A stretch of DNA of 64,000 nt, taken from the NCBI RefSeq assembly GCF_018977255.1, contig NW_024704742.1:69566001-69630000 (forward strand), read 5' to 3'. Position numbers and translations under genes: made by a program. The DNA is from Callorhinchus milii. Its lineage: Eukaryota. Below, in pieces: positions 35,820 through 48,742 of this stretch. The notes beneath the pieces are model-generated. The model did not search any database. It was given only the letters and a program-made list of their open reading frames with translations, and had not been told where the DNA came from. Within the stretch, counting starts at the first letter, position 1, and every line of letters starts with the position of its first letter.

Positions 35820-36175
35820 GTCAGAAAGTTCTGGGTTCAAGATCCACATTGGGACTTTGAGCTCCCAAGTCAGGCTGACACTCCAGTGCATTGCTGGGGG
35901 GAGCGTTGCATTGTCAGAGGTGCTGCCCTTTGGATGTGATAATAAATTGAGATCCCGTCTGCCTGTTCAGGTGGATAATAAAGCTCCCATGGCACTATTC
36001 GAAAAGGGAAGGGAGTTTCTCTCTCCCAGTCTCCTGAGCAACCATCTTTCAGATAGATTTCGACACTAACTTCATGTCTTTTTATGGGACATTGGCTGTG
36101 TACAAATTGGCTGCTCTGTTGGCCAGTAAAATACACAGTAAAATTACTTTTCAGTAAAATCCTACAAATTGCTTT
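35820..36175 (+). mobile_element. Deu-domain SINE family B
   Basis: Family B consensus motifs. Confidence 0.8.
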
Positions 36176-36769
36176 TTAATAATAATGCTTGCATTTGATA
36201 TAGTGCCTTAGCACATCATAGAAGCATCTCAAAGCACTTCACTGAATATACTTTAAAGTGGATTGACTGTGTATTTTGTGGACCTAACATGGCAGCCAAC
36301 TGCGCACAACAGTGTCTCCAAAAAGGCTTGACACTTCCTTCTGACTTCAAAGGTGCTGTGTCAAAAGCAAGGATTATTATTATGTTGACTTTGTTGCCAG
36401 TCATTTTGAAGCAGGATTGGGTTGACCTTTTGGACGCTGTATTAAATTAGCTCCTTTTAAGAAAAAGGAATAATCCTTTAAAACTCAACATCTGGTTTCA
36501 GTGCAGGTTAAAGTCTGGAGATAAGTGAAGGCACCGATGATCCCTCACTCTGGAAAGCAGCCTGACTGGGATCATGGGAATGTCATCTGTGGAATGCAAA
36601 TGGATCAAGGGAGATTGCAAGTGATAGGCGATAGGCATTCTGGATAATATCCCAACTTACCCCTGAGATCTCATCATTCGCGGCTCAGTTCAGCAAGGCG
36701 ATTTCACCCCCAAGAACTATGACCTGGATCACATCACTGAAGGGACCAAGGAAAAGACTGAAAGTCTGC

Positions 36770-37090
36770 AGTCTTGTAGCGTAGTAGTCAGCTCACTTGC
36801 CTCGCAAGCAGGAGGTTTGATTTCAAGGTGGGGTGAAACTTTAGGCAAGTTTCCTTACTCCACATGGCTCTGCTTACCTAGCAGTAAATTCGAACCCGGT
36901 TGGTTTCTGGGAATATTAATAACTCAAAAAACATTTGGGAACTCAATCCACAACTGCTGTGTGTAATTGGCTGTCGCATTTTGATCACAAGATACATAGT
37001 CAATCCATGTCACAATATATTCTGTGAAGAGTTTTGAGACTTCTCTATGACATGATAATGTGCTATATCAAATGCAAGGATTACTATTGT
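36770..37090 (+). mobile_element. SINE family A
   Basis: Family consensus motifs. Confidence 0.8.
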
Positions 37091-37830
37091 TTATCATTGA
37101 GCACCAGGTATATGGGGGTGGGGGAAATGGGGTTGTATGTGGGATGTGAGTGATTTGTATTTATATTCAAGTGTTTTAAGATATCCTCCTGACGTGAAAT
37201 GCATTGTATAAATGGAAATTTGTATTAGGATATATATTCTGCATACAGATAGTAATTATTCCTGCATTTGATACAATGCTTGTCATGTTGTTACAACGTC
37301 TCAAAATGCTTCACTGTAAAGTGTAGTGATTGTGTATTTGCAGGTGAACACGGAAGCCAATTTACGTCCCAATACACTATGGCTGTTTGTGGAACATTGG
37401 TGTGTATATAGTATTCTGTATGCCTGCGAAAAGCATACACGCAAATAATATATATATACATATGTGTGTGCGTGTCCCACAGCTGTTATTGCTTTTCAAC
37501 AGCCAGTTCAGCATTAATCACTCTGCGGATTACACCCACAAGCCTGTTGAACTGTATCATGGAATAATCACAGCTGTTGTGGACCTTGTAAGAAAGCTAC
37601 CAACATTCTCCAAGTTAAGTTGCTGCTGGCTTCTGTAAGGTGCCAGTCAGTCAGTCGTGCTCAACCACTGCTGCTGGGAAAACTGGGTTCAAGCCCTTTG
37701 TCAGAGACTGGGCTGGACTTTAATAATAAAAGTCTGCTTGGACTTCAGGTCAACATCCCAATAATAAACCTTACATTTGATATAACAGCTTTTACATCAG
37801 GGAAACATCTCAAAGCTCTTTACACAATAT

Positions 37831-38222
37831 AGTCCCGTAGCTTAGTGGTTAGAGCACTCGCCTTGCAAGCGAAAGGACCTGGCTTTGATTCTCGGTCGGG
37901 GTGAAACCTTAGGCAAGTTTTCTCGGGCGGGGCAAAACCTAAGGCAAGTTTCCTTACTCCACATGCCTCTATTTACCTAGCAGTAAGTAGGAACCTAGTT
38001 GTTAATCGAATAGCGGATCGCTTTCCAGGAGTAATGATCCCTCAAGAAATAATAATATTTTGGTCACTCAATCCATGACTGCTTGTGGCACACTGCTGTG
38101 CACGGTTGGCTGCTCCGTTTCACCCACAAAATATATAGTATATCCTGTGAAGCGTTTTGAGATGTGTCAACGTCATTATAAGGCGCTATATCAAATGCAA
38201 GGATTTTTATTTTATTATTATA
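37831..38222 (+). mobile_element. SINE family A with an internal ~30-bp tandem duplication
   Basis: CTCGG.CGGGG..AAACCT.AGGCAAGTTT occurs twice (37891-37951). Confidence 0.85.
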
Positions 38223-38234
38223 ATATATTGTTAT

Positions 38235-38632
38235 TAAAATAATCCTTGCCTTTGAAAAAAACAGCTTTCACATCATGGAGACATCTTAAAGTGCTCCACA
38301 CAATATACTGTAAATGTAATAATTGTATTTTGTGGGTGAACGCGGAAGCCAATTTGCGCACAGCCACATCCCACAAACAGTCGTGAAGTGAGGATTGCCA
38401 GTTCACCAGGAGCAACTCCCCTCTCATTTTGAGTGGCATCGATCTTTAACCACCACCAGGACAAGCACAGACGGAAACTCGGTTTATTGCGTCATCTGAC
38501 ATTGCAGCACCTCCCCACCCCCATCTCCATCAGCGTGTCAAAGACTATATAATTCCGAGCTACGATGTGTGGCTTGAACCCACAACCTCTGGACTCAGAG
38601 GCGAGAATGTTACCAACTGAACCAGGCTGACA
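38235..38632 (-). mobile_element. Deu-domain SINE family B
   Basis: Runs from head TGTCAGCCTGGTTCAG to tail; lies tail-to-tail with the preceding SINE. Confidence 0.8.
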
Positions 38633-38644
38633 CTATTTAATAGA

Positions 38645-38880
38645 ATCCTAATTGAGGTGTTTAAAATTATAAAAGGGCTCGCTAAGGTTAACATGAGTAA
38701 CCTGTTTCCACTGATTGGGAAATCCATAACCAGGGGCCACGAACAGAAGATAGTGACTCGGAGATCTAAAAAGAATTTAGGAGGAATTGCTTCAAACAGA
38801 AAGCAGTGAAATTGTGGAACTTGCTGCCTGAGGCGTGGTTGAATCAGAGAAGTGTGGATGCATTCAAGAGGAAGCTAGAC
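38645..38880 (+). mobile_element. CR1 RT C-terminal fragment
   Basis: LIEVFKIIKGL.KVN...LFPLIGKSITRGH...LWNLLPE...AFKRKLD. Confidence 0.8.
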
Positions 38881-38934
38881 CTTTGTTATGTTCTCGACAC
38901 TCAATGTGTGGAAAACTCTTTTATTCTCAGCTCA

Positions 38935-41900
38935 TTTTATTTTAAAACAAATATATATTTATTTGGTATATAAAATATATATTCAGCTTTCCTCTTAATA
39001 TTAATAATAAAACACACCCATGGCGGAACAAACAAAACATTGCAAAACCGTGACAAATCGCAAACGGCCCCGTCCTTTTGTTCCCCAAGCAATTTTATAA
39101 CTAATACATTCCACTTGCCTCGTGGAAGAAAACCACACCCATAACAGAAAAGAAACACACACGCACCACTTCAATATTTCCAATATAGTGCCCGTTGCCT
39201 TGTGTCGGCCATTACTGTCTCCCACTCTCCTCAAGCGAAGGGACCAGGGCCTCCTCGCTCCTCTATTCTGCAGCCTTTATTTACAGGGAGCAGTTACACA
39301 TTGGGCGAGTCCCCGCGAAGAGGCCGTGCAGCACAGGGTGCCGTGACAGCAGAACTCCAGGGGCCAAACGCGAGAGTAGCCACTGTGTCCTCTTTCACAC
39401 TTACTGGATGTATGCGCACTGCAGGAAGAGGTGCTCCACACTGTCCTTACATCCACAGCCCTCTCAAGGGCAGCATACGGTCAGGGCAAAGCCTCTATAA
39501 TGCATAAAACCCCGGTGCGGAAGGGCCTTTTTGACTGTCATCCAGGCCACATCTTGACAGGGCTGGTGACGAGACGTTCTCCCAGATCTGACTGACAGTC
39601 GCCGAAGGGAACCCAATTATCAGTTCCCTCAACTCCCTCTCTCGGGCAACGCTTATCACCTGCTGTGATGACCACTTGGTGATTTCACGGGGGGTCCACA
39701 GTGTTCCTGGACAGGAATTTTTCTATTTTGGCTGAATACCTCGGGACACTCCATCTGAAAGGAACGTTCCGCAGCGGGCACGCTAGCCTCATCCTTTTTA
39801 ACACTGGGTACAGATAGAAACCAAGCTACGTCTGGCTCGCCCTTACCTTCTCTATCTGGAGCCTTGTGTATCATGGCTCTGCAGACACGATCCATCCCAG
39901 ATCTCCAGATAAAGTGAAAAATGGCTCTGGTGACTGCATGGACACTGTTTTTGGTCAAAGGCTAGACTTACGCCACATACAACAAACCAGAGATCACCTC
40001 GCCCTGAATCACTAGATTTTTCCCAGTGATTGACAGTGAGCACTGTTGCCACCTCCCCAGTTTCTTCTTCACACCCATTATCGCCTCGTCCCAGTTTTTC
40101 TGGCGAGTCTCGAATTATCGGTCAAAACAAAAGACTGTGACATCATATACAGGGAAACCTTGGCTTGTGAGCTGCAGCTGCCCGGGATAGTGACACCTCG
40201 ATGCTCTTGTCTCTCCTGATAGCCTGTCCAAAATGTTCTATGCAGCAGACAAGCAGAGTTGGGGAAAAGGGACACCCCTGCCTGACTCCAGATCTGATGG
40301 GAAGAGTCTGTATTTCGTGTCCATTGATCATGATTGCACTACAGTTATCTCTGTAGAGCAGCCGGAACCCAATATAGAATTTCCTCTCTGAAACCATTTT
40401 TGCAAAGATCTCAAACATGTAATCATGAGATACTGTGTCAAAAGTGTTCTTCTGATCCAGACTGTTGAGGCATCTCCCTGTCCTGCATGTAGGCATTGGT
40501 ATGTCTGAGCAACAGGATTGTCAGAGATCCTCTAGCCCGGAACTGTACAGGTCTGGTCAGAGTGTACCACCTGCTCCAGCACACTCTTAATCATCTCAGA
40601 GGTCACCTTGGCCAGAATCTTATAATCTATATTTAGCAGTAGGTACACTTCCAGAAGGTCTGGTCCTATCTCATCCCGCAGACCGGAGTACCCCATCAGA
40701 AGGCCATCGCCTCCAGGAGTCTTACCGGTCTGAACCTAGTCAACTCTTCCATAGAGAGTGGGTGATCTAGATGTTTCCGGCTCATTTCATCCAACATCTC
40801 TTTTCTGGACTCTTTTTGTTTGTCCCTGTTCTGTCTTGGAGGTTTTGTAAGTTGTTTTACCTCCATCTCTTCTTCGCTGCCTTCTCACTCGAATCTATGT
40901 CTTTCTCGGAAGAGGTATTGTCCAAAGATGATTCCATATTCACCTGCCCAGGTACTAACTTTTCCTCCATGAGCAGCATGACCCCCTCCTCCTATTGCTG
41001 TCCTTTTTACTTCTTTTCCTGTTGCGGCCCTCCTTGTGCGATGGCCCGTTTTTCCTCCATCACCTGCTGCCTTGCCTGGCTTCCGGTTGATGGGTCTGGA
41101 TTGGTTTTTGTCCACTCCTCCTTGGGCAAGTGCAGTAAAGGTGCCCCCTTTCATTGCACAGTTCTCACCTTTTGCCCATAGGGCAGTCTTTTGTCAAGTG
41201 GCCAAAACGTTTGCAGTTCCAACACACAGTTTGTGTGCAGGCTGCAACATAGTGGCCCACCTGTCCGTACCTCAGGCATGCTTGGGGCTGTTCAGGATAG
41301 TACAGGGGGTCCCTTCTCACGGATAATGTGAGCAGCATTCCCCTCACTTCTCCGGTGCAGCTTCAGCCTACCTCCACAGTCTCCTGGCTTCCGGCCGTGT
41401 CTTTTTGACCTACCTATTCCAGCCCACCACGTTTTCACCATCATCCGCATTTGGTTCCACTTCCATGGCCACCTCAGCCCCCATCATCTCACTTCCACTC
41501 CCCACTTTATCCTTATCTGCTATTTCCCCACTTTGCTTCACATCAGCGTTCTCACTTTTCTCCTCTTTTCCTCATCACTTTCTCAGTCCTACTTTTCTCC
41601 TATTTCCCCTTCTTCTCCCTCCCTCTGCTTTCACTTCTCCACCACCATTTCTCCTCTTCCTGCTACCATTACTTGTCCCCCCCACCCCATCTCTCTCCTT
41701 TCAGCTTCCCTGCCATTTTCCCTCCTACTTCTTGTTCTATATCTGGTGCTTTCATACACCTTATCCTCTATTTCTCCTTCTTCCAAACTACACCCCATCT
41801 TCTCTCTCCTCTCCCATTTTTATTCTTTTTCCCCATAACTAGGCAAAAAATTTAACCCGTTTTTTCCTCAACAGGGAAAAAACCCAGACTTTTGCCCATC

Positions 41901-42070
41901 CTTTCCCCAGTCTCCTCTCAGACCTAGCCTGATATAAGACCCCTTGCTCTCTCTATTTTTTCGCTCACCTCAAAAATCTTTTACTCACAAGTTACAAATT
42001 AAATAATCCAACCAAAAACACTCTAGTCAGTTCTTCCTGCTTTTCCATCTCCTGATCCTCCTTCATCCAG
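38935..42070 (-). mobile_element. Decayed Tx1-type (L1 clade) LINE with ORF1 zinc knuckles and ORF2 RT remnants
   Basis: 41165-41347 YYPEQPQAC..YGQVGHYVAAC...CWNCKRFGHLTKDC (CCHC knuckles). 40143-40496 LDQKNTFDTVSHDY...SGVRQGCPFSPTL. 39656-39958 TRAIFHFIWRSGMDRV. AT-rich 3' end. The extension over 41400-42070 is tentative. Confidence 0.82.
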
Positions 42071-42814
42071 ACCAGTCTTGTCCCCTTGTAATTTGATAAA
42101 TTCTAGGTGTTCTGAAATGCTACATTATCTGAGTAAATCTAGATCCAGCCATAATTTCTTTCTCCTGGTGTTCTGGCTGTCAATCCCCCAGATAAAACTG
42201 GTCATTCGCTCCATGGCTGTTTGAAGGGTCATCGCTTCATTGGCTGAGTGTGCCTACAAAACCAGTCACTGCATTTTACAATGAATCTTGTGAAGCGCTT
42301 TAAGGCGTGGCGTGAAAGGCACTGTAGCAAATGCAAGGATTATTATGATTATCGAATATAAGAATCGTTCTTATCAGTTTCTACCCATCAGTCTGTGCAG
42401 TACTGTTACTGGCAATCACAGACTGAGCTGATATCCGAGTACAATTTCTCTCAGTCTGCATGAGCTCTCAGGAACCCTGAAGGTTAAACTCATCTGTGCT
42501 CATACAATTGCCTCCAGCTGTGGTTCCCGAGCACTCACAGAGAGAAGTCAATGGTTCGTCTTGACTGTAATCTGTGTGATGGACCTTGTAAATTACCCAG
42601 TTGACAACTGTTATTACCGGTCAGTGGAAACATTTGGGGAGTGCATGGGGGGTAGTAATTGCTGGAGTTTCACCGCTAACATCACATAAGTTGCTGTTAA
42701 GAGCATTGTCTGGCAAACTTTGCCAATGCCTGTCCATCTAGGCTTTCCCTACCCATTAGGATTCTGGCTTCTTAAGTGTGTTTTCCTGGCTCAGTGTCAA
42801 ACTCTGCCATTGGT

Positions 42815-43137
42815 ATAATAATAGTCCTTGCATTTGATGTAGCACCTTATCAGGTCTTTGAGACGTCTCAAAGCGCTTCACAGAATATACTGTGTATACA
42901 GACTGTATATTTTGTGGGCGAAAGGCAGCAACCAATTACGCACAGCAGTGTCCCACAAACAGTTGTGGATTGAATGATCAATGTTTTGGGGGGGACCAAT
43001 TACTACCCCCAGAAATCAATCTTCCGGTCAACTAACGATCAACTAACAAACCGATTTACCGCTAGGTAAACAGGCATGTGGATTAAGGAAACTTGCCTAG
43101 GGTTTCATCCTGCCCGGGACCACAACACTACAGGACA
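42815..43137 (-). mobile_element. SINE family A
   Basis: Family consensus motifs. Confidence 0.8.
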
Positions 43138-43829
43138 CCATGTTAAGTGCTCTGAGACACTACACCATGTGAAGGGCACTCTATAAATACAAGTTTTTGT
43201 TGTTCTCAGTTTACTTCCTCAATGCCATTCAAACAGTGAACAGTGAGATATCTAGCGGTACACACCAGTGCACTGCCTGACTCTCTCTCTTTCATCCTTT
43301 CCACTTGAAGGTGACTGTATTTAACAGCAAGTCAAACGCTGCAAGAAAGCTAATTGTTCCCACAAAGGTTGCATACTGCCTGCCATTTGTTGATAAGATA
43401 ATTTGCTGCGCGTTGTGTTTTTGTCTCAAACAGTAATATGTGTAATCTGTGCCCATCGTTCTCATTGTCACAGGCAGTGACATTCCTGTAACGGGGAATA
43501 GGGGAGAAGAATCACAAAGTGTGAGAGACAGAGTGTGAGAGAGAGCGAGAGAGAGAGGAGAGAAAAAAATCCAAAGATGCAAATCAAGACTTTTTAATAA
43601 ATATGCAAATGAAGGCAGCAATGAGACTATAATAATTATTAAAAATAGCTTGTTATCCATTTATAAGTTCCTACCTTTCGCGCTGCAATTCTTTCATTTG
43701 TTTCTCTTAATTATAAAAAGGTGTCTGTTTCTTCCTTATTTTTAGTGGTGGGGGGGATGTGGGTTAGGCCATCATTGTCCCATCCGCTTTTAATACCTGC
43801 TAATCACGGTACAGGGCGATAGGACATGT

Positions 43830-44280
43830 TATAATAATAATCCTTGTATTTTATACAGTGCCTTTTCATGTGGGGAGGGCTCATAGCCCTTCGTGGGATT
43901 TTACTGTAAAGTGTAGTGACCATGTATTTTGCAGGCAAATGCAGTAGCTAATTTGCAGACATCCTGCAAAGTGAGTGACCGATTTTATCTTGGTGATTGT
44001 TGACCAAGACACTGGGAGAGAGAAACTCCCTTCTTTTTTTGTAGACAGATGAATCCCAAACGGAGTTTCTCTGTCCCTATGTCCTGGGCGACAATATCCC
44101 CAATACAAGTGATCGTTCACTTGATCGCTGTTTGTAGGGTCTTGTTGTATGCAAAATTAGTTACAATGTTCACAACATACAGTCACTAAACTTTACAATA
44201 AAATCCTTTGAAGCGCTTTGAGGTGTCTTCCTGATGTAGAAAGGCACTTTATCCAATGCAAGGATTATTATTGCTATTAT
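43830..44280. repeat. Two divergently oriented family B SINE 3' halves forming an imperfect inverted repeat
   Basis: 43830-44040 (-) and ~44060-44280 (+) both run from GGAGTTTCTCT to the (ATT)n tail. Confidence 0.7.
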
Positions 44281-44505
44281 TTTATAGCTAGCATTTGAAC
44301 ACCTCCTAATTGATTCCAGCCTTTTGATTAGATTGCACCTGAAGACCTTCCTCTTTGACCGTGCCTACGGTCACCTCCCCCCGGCTTGGCATCAGGCTCC
44401 GCCACTGTTAAGCGTTCCGAAATCTATCCCGTGTGAAGGGTGCTGTGTAAATGCAAGTTGTTGTCGGGTGGAGCAGTGCGTCCAACACTCTCATAATTTG
44501 ACCAG

Positions 44506-44892
44506 CAGTCTGGCTCAGTGGTAGCCCTCTCGACTCTGAATCATAAGGTTGTGGGTTCAAATGGCTCCGATGCAGTGTGTTGCATTGTCGGAGGTGTAGG
44601 CCTTCGGATGAGACGTTAAACTGAGGTCCCGTCTGCCTGTTCAGGTAGATATTAAAGATCCCGCAGCACTACTCAAAAAGAGAAGGAAGTTCTCCCGGAG
44701 TCCCCAAAATAAAATTGGTTACTCACTCCGAGGCTGTTTGTGAGGCATTGTTGTATTGCAGTTGTACTGTGGTGTTTGCTTATAGATACACAGTTACTCC
44801 ATTTCGCAGTAAATCCTGTGAAGCGCTTTTAGACATCCTTCCGACGTAATAAGATGCTATACCAAATGCAAGGATTATTATCATTATTATTA
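44506..44892 (+). mobile_element. Deu-domain SINE family B
   Basis: Head, CTTCGGATGAGACGTTAAACTGAGGTCCCGTCTGCCTGTTCAGGT Deu domain, tail. Confidence 0.88.
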
Positions 44893-44898
44893 TGAGGA

Positions 44899-45313
44899 CG
44901 ATCCTCGTCCTTACCTTTAAGGCCATCCATGGCCTTGCCCCCTCCTACCTCTCTGACCTGCTGACTCCCTACCAACCTGCCCGATCCCTCCATTCAGCAA
45001 GCTCCGGTCTGCTCCATGTCTCCCGCCCGACCCGCCCTACCATCGGTGGCCGGGCTTTCAGCCTCTCTGCCGGCACACTCTGGAACTCCATCCCACGGTC
45101 CCTTCGCCTCGCTTCCTCCCTTGCCTCCTTCAAGGCCGGTCTCAAAACCCTTCTCTTGAATCGTGCCTTTGGTCTCCCTCCCACCTCTCTGCCTTCCCTC
45201 ATCCCTACACCACCCCTTCCCCATGCTCGGGCCCCGACACCTGACTATTCAGAGCTTTGGGACATCCTCCCAACGTGAAAGGCGCTCTATAAATGTAATT
45301 TTGTTGTTGTTGT
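44899..45313 (+). mobile_element. L2 LINE 3' fragment
   Basis: ILVLTFKAIHGLAPSYLSDLL...LWNSIP...FKAGLKTLL; (GTT)n tail. Confidence 0.92.
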
Positions 45314-45325
45314 TATTACTATAAC

Positions 45326-45649
45326 ATAATAATAATAATAATAATCCTTGCATTTGATATAGCGCATTTCACGTCGGGAGGACGTCCCAAAGCGCTTCAC
45401 AGAATATACTGTAAAGTGAATTGACTGTATATTTGTGGGCGAACGCGGCAGCCAATTGCGCACAGCAATGTCCCACAAACAGTCGTAGATTGAAAATGAC
45501 CAATTGATCATTGTTTTTGGTTTTGGAGGGATTATTATTAAGCTCTGTAGAGTAAGGAAATCTGCCCAAGGTTTCGCCCTCTGCCTGGAATTGAACTCAG
45601 GTCTCTCGCTTGCAAAGCGAGTGCTCTAACCACTGAGCTACAGGACTCC
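45326..45649 (-). mobile_element. Young SINE A'
   Basis: Near-identical to 4114-4433. Confidence 0.92.
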
Positions 45650-46325
45650 TGTAATATGTTCCTCAGTGTGTGCTTCCCTGTGAAACAAAAGCTATGTTGC
45701 TTCAGGCAATTCCATCATCAGATTCTGATCTCCGTACCTTCAACGGCCTTGTCTTTGTAAGTCTGGAGTTCATTATCGATCACTCACTGAAGGCTTCCAG
45801 TCGATCTGAGGCCGCTGTCAACAAAGTCAATCAAAATACAAGGCTGCTTCTCAGGGGCCTTTGACTATAATTTCAAAGACATTATTCTAACCTTGCACAC
45901 ATGGCTGGTGGGGGCCACATTCAAACTCCAGCTGCACAGCAGATTCTAAATTGAAGCAAATACATTACTGGCCCCAAAATATTTCCCAGAAATGCCTCAA
46001 AATGCTCGCAAGGTCCTGCAGAATATTCTACCCCCCCTCACCATCCCCCTCCCTTTCACGTCAAAACGTCTTGAAGGGCTCCACATTGTTTTGTGTAAAG
46101 TGTCGATGGAGGATGACTGTGTTTGGCGTCTTTTATCCAAACCTTTCCTCAAGCTGACGACTCCACCCAAATGTAAAGAAATACTTTCTAGTGTCTGTCC
46201 TAAACTTACCCTTCACAACCCTGAGCCCATAGAACACATGATTTACCTTTGGTGAACGCAACAGCCAGTTTGCGCACAGCAATATCCCAGAAATGTTGTG
46301 TAGCGCTACCCCAAGCACTAGACTG

Positions 46326-46650
46326 GACTCCTGTAGTGTATTGGTTAGAGCATTCACCTCACAAACGAGAGGACCTGGGTTCAATTCCTGGGATGCATGA
46401 AACATTAGGCAAGTTTCCTTACTCCACACGCCTCTGTTTACCTCGCAGTAAGCAGGAACCCGGTTGTTAGTCAATTGGCAAATCGCTTTTCCAGGGGTAA
46501 TTAATCCCTTAAAAAAATTTCAATAATAATTTGGTCACTCAATCCATGGTAGTTTGTGGGACACTGCTGTTCGAGTTTGGCTGCCGTGTTTCACCCACAA
46601 AATACACAGTGAATCTGCTTTACAATATATTCTCTGAAGCACTTTGGGAG
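46326..46650 (+). mobile_element. SINE family A
   Basis: Head and intact CORE-like block. Confidence 0.83.
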
Positions 46651-47599
46651 CATCACTGTGTGAGCTCAAAGTCCTAAATTGAAGGGTTGTGGGTTCAAGC
46701 CTCAATTGTGACTTTGAGCTCATACAGTCTAGGATGATAATAATAATAATAATAATAATCCTTGCACAATTATAATAATAATAATCCACGACTCAGAGGC
46801 AAGGGTGCTGCAGACTGAGCCAGGCTGACAGCGTGCGAGGTCTGTTCGTGCTCTATCTCGACTTTTCTGAATTCATATCTTGTTCCGCTCAGCTCTGCTG
46901 GTGAGGCACGGAGCTGATTTGTTTTGTGCTCGCTGTTCACTTCTTTCCATTCACTGTACATTTTGCTAACAATTAGGAGGAAAAGCAATAACATGCTTCA
47001 GATAATTTTCAAATTAGTAGATTAAATAATCCCAGGGAAGCCCTTTAGATTAACAATTCGTCTCCTGCACATTTTCACAGAAACTTGAAATCATCAGTCC
47101 TGTCTCCAGCTTTAGTGTCAGCAATGGGGAGAGAGAAGGGGAGTGGGGAAGAAATAGGAAGGAAGGGCAAAGGGAAGCAAGGGGGGAGAAGGAGAAGTGT
47201 GGGGAGGAGAGTGGGGAACCCCCCCCCCCCCCACCCACACAGTAACTGAAGATTGTTAGCAAAATAATAATAATAATTCTTGCATTTGATATAGTGCCTT
47301 ATCACGTCATTGAGACATCTCAAAGCGCTGCCCAGAATATCTACTGTAAAGTGAATTGACTGTATATTTTGTGAGCAAAACATGGCTCTACAATACTTTA
47401 CAGGACTCCAGGATAGCAGTAAGAAGCAATTCCTTCACTCGGGGCGAGGGGAGTTTACAATTGCCCCCGATGGACTTTGAGACGGTTCAATACCATGGTT
47501 ACCACAATCATACACAGAAGCTATTATTTATTTAACCGTTTCATACTCCATTTGAATAATACGATGTTATATATCAGTATTATATATTGTATTATAATA

Positions 47600-48016
47600 T
47601 TAATGATAATAATCCTTGCATTTGATATGTCGTCAACGTGTCTCAAAGCGGTGTAGTGACTGTGTTTTACAGGTGAATGCAGCATATATGTCGCACACAG
47701 CGACATCCCACAAACAGCGAGCGACCAATTTTATTTGGGTGTTTGTCAGCTAGGATACCAGGAGAGAGAGAAATTCCTTTCTCTTTTTCAAATAGAGCCA
47801 AAGGGTGTTTAACATCCACTTGGATGGCAGACGGAGGGTTCAGTTTAATGTCTCCTATGAGGTACGGCACCTCTGACAATGCAGTGCTCCCCCAGCACTA
47901 CACTGGAGGTTCAGTCTAGATTACCAGTGGGTTCCAAGTCCCAACGATGGGCTGTTCTGAACACACAACCTTCTGACTCAGAGCTGAGAGTGCGACCGCC
48001 TGAGCCAGTCTGACAC
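47600..48016 (-). mobile_element. Deu-domain SINE family B
   Basis: Family B consensus motifs from head to tail. Confidence 0.83.
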
Positions 48017-48501
48017 ACTTTGAATCTATATTTATCCACTTGACTTCACACAAAGACTCCAGTGTTGCCGAGATAATGGCAGCCCACAGTAACGTCTATT
48101 AATTTGCCTCGATATTTTGTTGCAGGGTTTTGACTTTGTTCTTGGCTTTCAATGAGACGAAGAGTCTTGCATTGTGTACGTCGGGCGTTTGATTTGCTTG
48201 TCTCGACTTTCATGTGTTTCCTTTTATTTGTTTCCTTTCTTTTCTCTCGTGGCGTTGCTCGGGATTATTAATCTTCTTCCTTTAAGTTTCAAATAACACA
48301 ATTTCATCTTTTCTGAACATCAAAACAAAACAAAAAACGATGGCATTCACCCTTCAAGACAATTAGGTTTTACAGAATACAAAGGGACTAAGTGAGAGAC
48401 TCATTTCTAAAATGTAGGAGAGAATTTGTAGACTTGTGGCATCTCGACCACTGAAATGCCATTAAGTGCTTTGTTCAATTTAATCCACTTTTGTAAGCTA
48501 T

Positions 48502-48742
48502 TGTGTGTGCCTGTTCATGTGTATGTGTGTGTGTGTACATATGTGCGTATGTGTGTATGTATGTGTGTGCGTGCGTGGGTGTGTGTGTATGCATGTGCAT
48601 GTGTGTATGTGTGTGTGTGTACATGTGTGTGTGTATGTATGTGCGTATGTGTATGTTTGTATGTGTGCGTGTGTGTGTGTATGCATTTGCATGTGCGTGT
48701 GTGTATATATGTGTGTGTACATGTGTGTGTATGCATGTGTGT
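48502..48742 (+). repeat. (TG)n/(TGTA)n compound microsatellite, left part
   Basis: Direct reading. Confidence 0.95.

Noticed and set aside
46770..46994. Minus-strand ORF with an acceptor-like site
   Set aside because: No recognisable protein, and it runs into a SINE head.
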